Shown here piece after piece: positions 16,623-23,588 of a DNA stretch of 37,683 bases (the stretch's first letter is position 1; every line of letters starts with the position of its first letter). This DNA comes from Candidatus Acetothermia bacterium. GTDB taxonomy: Bacteria; Bipolaricaulota; Bipolaricaulia; RBG-16-55-9; DRXL01. The notes under the pieces are model-generated. The model had not been told where the DNA came from. It did no database searches and saw only the letters and a list, made by a program, of their open reading frames with translations. Position numbers and translations under genes: made by a program. The stretch covers positions 1 through 37,683 of the forward strand of contig JAPWVB010000002.1 of the NCBI GenBank assembly GCA_028275205.1, written 5' to 3'.

Positions 16623-19600
16623 TTACCCTGGCCAGCAGCTTGCCGTCTCGAAGCCGCTCGCTTGCGCGGGCACACAGAGCCGCGTGAACTCCTCAAACGG
16701 CAAGAGCGACTGATTCGCCGCGTTCTTGATGATGAACGGGTTGCTGAACGGCAGGTAGAACCCAGGGACGCGCCCAAGACCCGTAATGAAGATGAAGATC
16801 GTATTGGTCTGGGTGCGCTCTGGGGTACCGTCTCCGTTGACGTCGAGCAGGAGCTCGATGCGAGCAGCCGAGACGGTGTCGCTCAAGGGTATGGAGTAGA
16901 TAACCCGTCCGTTGCTGCGCACGGAGCCAGCGAGAGTGAGCTGGGTCTGCTGGCCGGTGACCTGCGGGACGGGCTGAGCTGTCGCCGCGCCCTCGGTCTG
17001 CACACTGACGCCCTCGATGAGGCCGTTGACGGCGAGCGAGATCTGATAGGGCCGATCGCTGTTCCAGCCCGTAGCCCCCTGGACGATGAGGTAGAGCTTA
17101 TCGGTGCCCATGATGAAGAGCCCGCCGGCCCCAAGAGGGATATATGGTCGCGGTGTCGGCGTGGGCGGTGCGCTCGTCGTCTGCACAGTGATGCTCTTCG
17201 ATTGCGTGTTGGAGAGCCCTTGGTCGTCGGTGACGCGCAGCGTCACTGTATAAGTTCGGGCTTGCGAGAAGGCAAAAGCGACGCGCACGCCTTGGGCGTC
17301 GAAGCGCCCATCACTGTCGAAGTCCCAGTCGTAACGGACAATGCGCCCATCGGGATCAGTCGAGCACGACGCGTCGAACGTGACGGGCTGATTGACGATG
17401 GGAGTGGTCGGGCTGAACGTGAAGCACGCCGTTGGGGCGCGGTTTTGCGGAGGCGCAGTAGTTCCGACTTGGAAGCTTGTGAACGCGCTCGTCCACGTCG
17501 CCGACGGCGCGACGCTCTGGATGCGGCGAGCAAGCTCCGCGCGGAATGTTTCGGGGTTGAGCCAGCTTGTGCTCTGCAGGCCGTTGAGCCCCAAATCTAC
17601 AGGTTGCGCGATCGCGACGGCGTGGAGATACTCCGTGCCCTCCGGCCCGGTGATCGCGAGAGTATATGGCCCATCGGGCAGGGTGTACGTCCCCGCGCTC
17701 AAGAGATTCTGGCGCGAGAACGAGTTCGGGAAGACTTGGGAGACTCGACCCGCGGGGTCAACGTCGAAGACGTAGACATACGCTTGGGCGCCCAGACGCA
17801 AGAAGATCTGCAATCTCTCGCCGATGCGGTAGCTCGTCTTATCGGTGCTGATCGAGATCGAGAGCTGGCTGGGCGTCGAGGCCCGAACGGTGATCTGGCG
17901 AGAGTTATTGGTCTCGTCAGATTCGGAGATCTGTCTGAGGGCGTCGGCAGTGACGGTGAACGTCTCTGAGGAGCTGTTGAGCCGTCGTGCGAAGTCCACT
18001 CGCACCGAGGCTCCGGCGCGCAGCCCAGTGACGCTCTGGCGAGCCGTTCCCGCGCTATCTTGCACCTCGACGACGAACGGCCCGGCGTCGGCGTTCCCGA
18101 TGTTGCGCACGATCGCAGTCAGCGTGAGCGAGCTGCCCACGGCGGGATCGCGCGGGGAGTAGTCAAGAGAGTCTACCGTCAGATCGGGCAGGCGCGTCTC
18201 GGCTAACGCCTCAATGCGCACTTGTGTCGAGTTATTCGTCTCGTTCGATTCGTCAACTTGGTTGGTGACGTCGGCAGTGATCGTGAAGATCTCTGTAGCG
18301 TTATTCTGGCGCCGAGCGAACGCTATCGAGACGGAGCTTGCGGCTCCCAGCCCCGAGAGCGTCCGACGATCTATGCCGGCGCTGTCGCGGATCTCGACAA
18401 TGAACGGCCCAGCGGCGCTCTCGCCCTGATTGCGCACGACGACGGTGAAATTGATGGTCTCGCCGAGCCGCGGCGTCCGCGGCGTCCAGTCAACCCCAGC
18501 AATAGTAAGATCGGGCTTTCTCTGAACTTGAGGCTGAGCGTCTACCCGGATCTGCGCAGAATTATTCGTCTCGTCGAGCTCGTCTATCTGATTAGTTGCG
18601 TCCACGACGATCGTGAAGAACTCTGTAGTGTTATTGACTCGGCGGGTGAAGCTGACGGTCGCTGTGCTCCCGACTGCGAGCCCCGAAAGCGTCTGGCGGT
18701 CTGTTCCGGCGCTGTCGCGCACCTCAACGATGAATGGGCCGGCGTTCGCTTGGCCTTGGTTGCGCACGACTACAGAGAGCGTGACGTTCTGGCCGACGGT
18801 GAGCGTGCGCGGGGACCAATCGGTGCTTGCGATCGCTAGGTCGGGTTTCAGAGAGGGCTGCGTCGCGGTGACGCGCAGCTCCGCTGAGTTATTGGTCTCG
18901 TTGGATTCGTTCACTTGGTTGGTCGCGTCAGCGACGACCGTGAAGGTCTCCGTCGCTTGGTTGACGCGGCGAGTGAACGAAAAGCTCGTCGAACCCCCGG
19001 CGTTCAGGCCCGAAACCGTGCGACGATCGGTGCCGCCGCTGTCGCGGATCTCGATGACGAACGGGCCGGCGTCGGCGTTTCCAATATTGCGCACGATCCC
19101 GCTCACCGTGACGAAATCCCCGACGCGGGGGTTGGACGGACTAGAAGTGAGCCCGCTCACAGTGAGATCAGGCTGGCCGGGCGGTGGGCTGGACTGAGCA
19201 AGATTGAGCCGGCCAGAGCCAAACTGCAGCGGCGAGCCCATAGGGACGGCATCGCCCTTGAGGCGAGCTTCGAGCTGCCCTGCCGTCAGGGATGGGTTTT
19301 CTGAAAGCAAGAGCGCCGCAGCCCCAGCGACGTGCGGCGCGGCCGCTGATGTGCCAAAAAACTCTGAGTACGTAAACGTCGAGACGCGATCGGGCCCGAC
19401 GATATCAGGCTTGGAGAGCCCGGCGTTGGTCGGCCCTTGGGAGCTGTAGGGCGCGATGGGGCCGGTCGTCCAATTCTGGCGGTTGACCGCGCCGACGGTC
19501 AGGGCATTGGGCGAATCCCCCGGCGCGATGATGCTATTGGAAGGCACAGGGTACTCGACGTCATGATTGAGGCTGAAGAGCGAGAACGTCCGCGGCGCGG

Positions 19601-20798
19601 GGTTCCCGTCGGCTTTAATCTGAATGTGATATGTCCCAGGGACGAACGACTGATAGAAGAGACTTTCGATCGGAGGCTCGGTGCCAGATTGAATGCGTTG
19701 CGACGCTGCGACTTGAGTGCCGTTGCTGTTGAACAGATAGAGATCGTAATCGTTGGCTGAGCCGGGCCAGTCGTTCCACGTGAGAAAGACCCCGATCTGA
19801 TCCCCCGCGTTCACGGTGATCGTCAAAGATTCATCGCCGGAGGCGAACTCGTGCCATTTGTTGCCGTTCGTGTCACGGAACGTCCCCTGCCAGTGGCGCC
19901 GCGCGTAATTGCCCGCAGCGTTGACCCACAGCACTCCACGGCTTCGGGCATCAGCGACGATATTGTTAATCACCCCTGTGCCGTCATAGAAGTTCGTATT
20001 GAACCAGCCCACTGAGTGATTGATGATCTTTGCGCCCTGGCGGATCGCTTCTTCCTTGGCGTTCTCTAGGTCAACTTCGTCGCCAACTTTCATTAAGATG
20101 AGTTGGGCTTGTGGAGCCATGTCATAAACGATCTCGGCGACGGCCGTGCCGTGATTCGTCCCGGATTCGATCCCCGTGCCAGTGTAGTCAAACGTTTGGA
20201 TGCCGCCAGGGAGTTCCCCGCGGCTCTGGGCTGCTGTAAGCCCAGCAAACCCCAGATCAATCACGGCGATTTTGACGCCCTGGCCACGAAAACCCAAAGA
20301 ATGATAGTTCGATGCGCCGGTGAGCGCGACCCCTTCGCTGACCACGAGCGTCTGAGGAACGAGCGGAGGCCGCACGAACTGAACGACGCCTCCCGCTTGG
20401 AGGAGCGCAGCCCGCAAGAGCCCAAGATTCATGGGCATCTGGACCTTCCACGCAAACTTGGAGGTTGCCACGACCTGCCCACGCATGAACGCGATCTGCC
20501 TCTTCAGTAGGTCTTGAGCAGCGGGGTCTTGGCTGATGCTCTCAGGCACTTGCCAGATCACCGTCACCATGTTCCCCCAAACGGGGACGCGGAACTGCGC
20601 GGCGGCTTGGGCCGCGGCTTGCGCTTGGCCCTGCTCCCCAAGCTTCAGAATCTGCTCGAGCACGCTGTCTATCCGAGGGTCGTGTTCCAACCGAGCGATG
20701 CTCTTAGGATCAGAGGGCTCTTGGGTCAGCCCCATCGTGCCGAGCACCACTAAGACGAATCCACACAGAATCCAAAAGAGATAGTGATGTCTGCGCAT
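16623..20798 (-). CDS. Large secreted multidomain S8 subtilisin-family serine protease: signal anchor, prodomain, S8 with an inserted beta-sandwich, 4x CARDB, DUF4384-like, PKD, and an unassigned C-terminal domain
   Basis: Catalytic triad contexts are KIAVIDLGF (Asp), GTNHGTAVAEIV (His) and FFGTSAAAPHVAGAAALL (Ser), with oxyanion VNAAGN. Four ~110-aa repeats (PDLT/AI...VRN[IQ]G...AGPF[VI][VI]E[IV]...SG[LT]...NETNNS) are CARDB-like. YVYVFDVDPAGRVSQVFPN is DUF4384-like. FTFSPTTPIVNQPVTFDASCSTDPDGRIVRYDWDFDSDG is PKD. An AAGGAG RBS lies upstream of ATG 20798. Confidence 0.9.
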   Translation of the reverse strand: MRRHHYLFWILCGFVLVVLGTMGLTQEPSDPKSIARLEHDPRIDSVLEQILKLGEQGQAQAAAQAAAQFRVPVWGNMVTVIWQVPESISQDPAAQDLLKRQIAFMRGQVVATSKFAWKVQMPMNLGLLRAALLQAGGVVQFVRPPLVPQTLVVSEGVALTGASNYHSLGFRGQGVKIAVIDLGFAGLTAAQSRGELPGGIQTFDYTGTGIESGTNHGTAVAEIVYDMAPQAQLILMKVGDEVDLENAKEEAIRQGAKIINHSVGWFNTNFYDGTGVINNIVADARSRGVLWVNAAGNYARRHWQGTFRDTNGNKWHEFASGDESLTITVNAGDQIGVFLTWNDWPGSANDYDLYLFNSNGTQVAASQRIQSGTEPPIESLFYQSFVPGTYHIQIKADGNPAPRTFSLFSLNHDVEYPVPSNSIIAPGDSPNALTVGAVNRQNWTTGPIAPYSSQGPTNAGLSKPDIVGPDRVSTFTYSEFFGTSAAAPHVAGAAALLLSENPSLTAGQLEARLKGDAVPMGSPLQFGSGRLNLAQSSPPPGQPDLTVSGLTSSPSNPRVGDFVTVSGIVRNIGNADAGPFVIEIRDSGGTDRRTVSGLNAGGSTSFSFTRRVNQATETFTVVADATNQVNESNETNNSAELRVTATQPSLKPDLAIASTDWSPRTLTVGQNVTLSVVVRNQGQANAGPFIVEVRDSAGTDRQTLSGLAVGSTATVSFTRRVNNTTEFFTIVVDATNQIDELDETNNSAQIRVDAQPQVQRKPDLTIAGVDWTPRTPRLGETINFTVVVRNQGESAAGPFIVEIRDSAGIDRRTLSGLGAASSVSIAFARRQNNATEIFTITADVTNQVDESNETNNSTQVRIEALAETRLPDLTVDSLDYSPRDPAVGSSLTLTAIVRNIGNADAGPFVVEVQDSAGTARQSVTGLRAGASVRVDFARRLNSSSETFTVTADALRQISESDETNNSRQITVRASTPSQLSISISTDKTSYRIGERLQIFLRLGAQAYVYVFDVDPAGRVSQVFPNSFSRQNLLSAGTYTLPDGPYTLAITGPEGTEYLHAVAIAQPVDLGLNGLQSTSWLNPETFRAELARRIQSVAPSATWTSAFTSFQVGTTAPPQNRAPTACFTFSPTTPIVNQPVTFDASCSTDPDGRIVRYDWDFDSDGRFDAQGVRVAFAFSQARTYTVTLRVTDDQGLSNTQSKSITVQTTSAPPTPTPRPYIPLGAGGLFIMGTDKLYLIVQGATGWNSDRPYQISLAVNGLIEGVSVQTEGAATAQPVPQVTGQQTQLTLAGSVRSNGRVIYSIPLSDTVSAARIELLLDVNGDGTPERTQTNTIFIFITGLGRVPGFYLPFSNPFIIKNAANQSLLPFEEFTRLCVPAQASGFETASCWPG
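17880..19180 (-). repeat. Four diverged tandem coding repeats of ~330 nt (the CARDB modules of the protease)
   Basis: The plus-strand landmark ga[ga]ttatt[cg]gtctcgt... recurs at ~17901, 18229, 18559 and 18887, a period of ~328-330 nt. The repeats are in frame. Array boundaries are approximate. Confidence 0.8.
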
Positions 20799-20813
20799 AG
20801 CTTCTCAGCTCCT

Positions 20814-21632
20814 TTACAGCCCTGGCTGGGCCGGTGGGCGAACGAACTTCACCGCCGGATCACGGGCTAACGCAACTAACTGATGGATCGGAACGAGCAC
20901 GCGCATCAACCCCGAGGGCGAGCGCGCTTCAACAATGAGATTATGGGTCGGAGCTAGTTGGGCCTCCGGGGAGACTAGCTCGACGATTACTCGCACTCGC
21001 AAGCCCCAGAGCTCTAATTTCTGTTGGGGCGCAAATTCGTACCAATCGGGCATGAGCATGAGCGCGTAGAGCACCGAATCTAAGCGAACGCCTTCAGGGG
21101 GCTTGGGGGGCTTGACCCCCGGCACGACCGTCAGCTCTTCGACCGCCAGGGGCAGCGTTGGGTCGGACACGACGGAGAGTTGAACTAGCCTCTGCCCGAT
21201 CTCGTCGAGGATCGCCGACGCGCTTACGGTAGTTATGGGGGCCACAATCAGCTCATAGCCCTCGCTCTGGGCTGGTCGAAGATTATATTTCGAGAGCAGC
21301 CCGTCGGCGCGGAGCCATAAGAGCTCTCCATCCACGAAGAGATGAGGGAACTTGAGGCGCTCTCGCTCGTTCTCCGGAGTACAGTCCAGACACGGCTGCG
21401 TCCCAAGAAAGTACTTCACAGTAGAGTCCCGGGCGATCCGCACCGAAAAACCCGCTTGCTTTGCAGATTCGATGATCTTGGCCATGTCAGCCTCGATGCG
21501 CGGGAGCAAGACGCGATAATACTTACCCGCAAAGAGAATGGGGTCGGCCATGAGGGGGATCGTTGGCTCGTTGTGGAATATACTCAGCGAGAGAGCTGTC
21601 AAGAGCACGCCGAGTATGAAGATCTTCAGCAT
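20814..21632 (-). CDS. Exported or membrane-anchored protein of unknown function whose C-terminal domain resembles the subtilase prodomain
   Basis: N-terminal hydrophobic anchor (MLKIFILGVLLTALSLSIF), with an AAGGAG RBS. The C-terminus (...NLIVEARSPSGLMRVLVPIHQLVALARDPAVKFVRPPAQPGL) aligns by eye with the protease N-terminal region (GQVVATSKFAWKVQMPMNLGLLRAALLQAGGVVQFVRPPLVP). It lies 15 nt upstream of the protease start. Confidence 0.6.
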   Translation of the reverse strand: MLKIFILGVLLTALSLSIFHNEPTIPLMADPILFAGKYYRVLLPRIEADMAKIIESAKQAGFSVRIARDSTVKYFLGTQPCLDCTPENERERLKFPHLFVDGELLWLRADGLLSKYNLRPAQSEGYELIVAPITTVSASAILDEIGQRLVQLSVVSDPTLPLAVEELTVVPGVKPPKPPEGVRLDSVLYALMLMPDWYEFAPQQKLELWGLRVRVIVELVSPEAQLAPTHNLIVEARSPSGLMRVLVPIHQLVALARDPAVKFVRPPAQPGL

Positions 21633-21654
21633 TGAGGGCTCCTTTCGTAAGTCT

Positions 21655-22350
21655 TCAGGACTTCTTCAAGCGCGTGGCGATGTTCTGGGCGATCTGGGCC
21701 CATTCCGCTGCGCTGACGACTTGCTCGATGTACGCAGTCAGCGTCTGGGGAATCAGGGGATTGCGCGCCAGACGCAGTTGCACGGCGGACTTGATCGCGT
21801 TGGCGTCGTCGAGCTTGCCCCCACCTCGCACATGGTCTTCTAAAGCTCCCGCAGCTTCAGTAATCGCCGTGTCTACGGCTTCGAGGGTGAGCACGAGCGT
21901 CGCCGTCCCGAATCGAATGGTGAGATTGATTGTGATGCCTTTGCTTGCCAGAAGCGTCTTCACTTCCGAGAGCGTCATCTTGCGCTCCAAGAGGTCGTCA
22001 TTGATGACATCGAGGGGGACGCCCTTAGTGAGTCCCTCGAATGTCTTATCTATAAGCATAGTGACGGGCAGCTCTTCTAAGAGCGCCCGCGCGATGATCT
22101 GCAAGACCCCCTCGCGCAGCGAGATCGGAGCTGAAGATTGCTTCAGTCTCTGGCAGAGCCGCAGCGCGGTGTCGGGGGTGATGCGCTTATCTGAAAAGCC
22201 CTTGTCAAAGCCTGCTTTCAACGTCTGCAGGTCCGAGACCCCAAGCTCAGCAAAACACTTATAGACGTCTTGAGGGGTTGGCTGGGCGAAAGCATCGCCC
22301 AAGCCTCCCAAAAGCCCAAGCGTGAGAAGAATCCCCATCAGCCATCTCAT
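21655..22350 (-). CDS. Exported protein of unknown function, predicted mostly helical
   Basis: Signal peptide MRWLMGILLTLGLLGGLGDAFA|QP, with a GAGGTGA RBS. Its start overlaps the anti-sigma stop by 4 nt (ATGA). I recognise no family motif. Confidence 0.6.
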   Translation of the reverse strand: MRWLMGILLTLGLLGGLGDAFAQPTPQDVYKCFAELGVSDLQTLKAGFDKGFSDKRITPDTALRLCQRLKQSSAPISLREGVLQIIARALLEELPVTMLIDKTFEGLTKGVPLDVINDDLLERKMTLSEVKTLLASKGITINLTIRFGTATLVLTLEAVDTAITEAAGALEDHVRGGGKLDDANAIKSAVQLRLARNPLIPQTLTAYIEQVVSAAEWAQIAQNIATRLKKS

Positions 22351-22856
22351 GGCTGCTCACCTCGCGGTGCTATGTATAAGACCGAATTGATCTTGTCGTC
22401 AAACGTATGGACGAATTCCGAAGCGCGCGGGTCGTAGACCCACCGCTCGCCGTCTACTATAAATCCGTACTCATACCGACCAGGCTTGATATCATCGGGG
22501 AGCCGAATCCACCAGACGCCGCTGCGATCGGGGCCGTTCATGGGGATGGGCTCCCACAGCGTAAACTGACTCGCCAAGCTCACGCTCTTGGCGTTGGGGT
22601 AGACCAAGCAGAGCACCTGAGGGTCATGACAAGGAGCCCCTGAGAGATTCCCCCCTACCCATAGGCCAATCACGAAGACTGCGGCGACAGCGACCGCGCC
22701 CGCCCCGACAAGCCCCCAGCGCCATCGCGGCGCCGGCCGACTTTCGGGAAGCTCCTCGATGATCTCATACTCAAGATCAGCAATCCGATCGCGATGGGCC
22801 TCAGCGTACTGAGTCAACGTCTCTTTGAGCAGGGCTTCTAGCTCATGGTCGTGCAT
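22347..22856 (-). CDS. Single-pass membrane anti-sigma factor candidate with an extracytoplasmic CBM48/AMPK-beta glycogen-binding-like (E-set) domain
   Basis: It overlaps the ECF sigma gene stop by 14 nt, with an AGGAG RBS. It has a short cytoplasmic helix (MHDHELEALLKETLTQYAEAHRDRI), one TM helix (WGLVGAGAVAVAAVFVIGLWVGG), and then VYPNAKSVSLASQFTLWEPIPMNG...GVWWIRLPDDIKPGRYEYGFIVDGERWVYDP. No HxxxCxxC zinc motif is present. Confidence 0.6.
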   Translation of the reverse strand: MHDHELEALLKETLTQYAEAHRDRIADLEYEIIEELPESRPAPRWRWGLVGAGAVAVAAVFVIGLWVGGNLSGAPCHDPQVLCLVYPNAKSVSLASQFTLWEPIPMNGPDRSGVWWIRLPDDIKPGRYEYGFIVDGERWVYDPRASEFVHTFDDKINSVLYIAPRGEQP

Positions 22857-23399
22857 GGTGTGCCACTCCTTTCTGCTCGAGAATGCGTTTCAATTCGGCC
22901 TTGGCGCGATGGAGCCGCGTCTTGACCGTCCCTTCGGGCAGCCCCAAGGCCTCCGCAATCTCTTTGTAATCTAAATCCGCATAATAGCGCAGCACCAAGG
23001 GCATTCTATAAGCGGGCTTCAGCTGCTCGATGGCCTCGCGGATCGTGCGCGTGCGCTCCTCTTGCGCGAGCCGCTGCGCAGGATCGCTCCCTTTTGTTAA
23101 TTTCGAGATATATTTGAGCGGGGCGAAGAGCCGCTCGCGGCGCAGCTTGTTCTTGCATACGTTCGCGGTCACCGCGAAGATCCACGTCGAGAATCGCTTT
23201 TCAAGGTGGAACGTATGCAGCCCTTCGTAAGCCCGAATGAACGCGTCATGGGCGGCATCTTCGGCATCGGCGGGATTGCCCAAGATCCCCAAGGCAATCC
23301 CAAAGACCGCATCTTTGTAGCGTCTCACGATCTCACCCCAGGCGTCCACATCCCCGTGGAGCGCCCGCTGAATTAACTCCAACTCCCCCGCGCCCATGC
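22843..23399 (-). CDS. ECF-type (sigma-24/group 4) RNA polymerase sigma factor
   Basis: Region 2 is DAEDAAHDAFIRAYEGLHTF...FSTWIFAVTANVCKN. Region 4 HTH is DYKEIAEALGLPEGTVKTRLHRAKAELK. The start is ATG 23399, preceded by AGGAGGA. The ORF-track start at 23448 would run through the putative promoter. Confidence 0.9.
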
Positions 23400-23419
23400 T
23401 TCCTCCTGTGTGCAGAGTA

Positions 23420-23448
23420 TATACAGACTGCTCATGGCAAAGTTTCAA
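23420..23448 (-). promoter_or_regulatory. Promoter candidate for the ECF operon: TTGAAA-17 nt-TGTATA
   Basis: On the minus strand, TTGAAA corresponds to plus-strand 23443-23448 and TGTATA to plus-strand 20-25 of 234xx (23420-23425). A ~14-nt leader containing AGGAGGA follows. I saw no ECF-type GGAAC...CGTC motif. Confidence 0.3.
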
Positions 23449-23588
23449 ACTCTATTTTACCCCAAGAGGGATCAGCTGACCCAATGAAGACTCGACAAAC
23501 GTCCGCTCATCGCCCCGCGCCAGTCCTTCCCTCCCGTGGAAGAGATACTCTAAAGTGAGCTAGTCAGCTGAATTGAGGAGGAAAGACC

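Noticed and set aside
17880-19180. A periodic repeat that could be mistaken for a CRISPR or other non-coding array
   Set aside because: The period is ~330 nt, not 60-75. The units are diverged, lack a conserved short palindromic repeat, and are in frame within a protein that reads as CARDB domains. No cas genes are present.
16662-19760. A series of plus-strand ORFs (435, 127, 105, 205, 194, 129 and 107 aa, among others) across the protease locus
   Set aside because: All are antisense to, or out of frame within, the 1391-aa S8 protease gene. They are Arg/Gly/Asp/Ala-rich and low in complexity. Their apparent internal repeats simply mirror the CARDB repeats on the other strand.
23400-23448. 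A longer ECF sigma start (MKLCHEQSVYTLHTGGS...)
   Set aside because: The internal ATG 23399 has a perfect AGGAGGA 4 nt upstream. The extension would also cover the only promoter-like sequence in the intergenic region.
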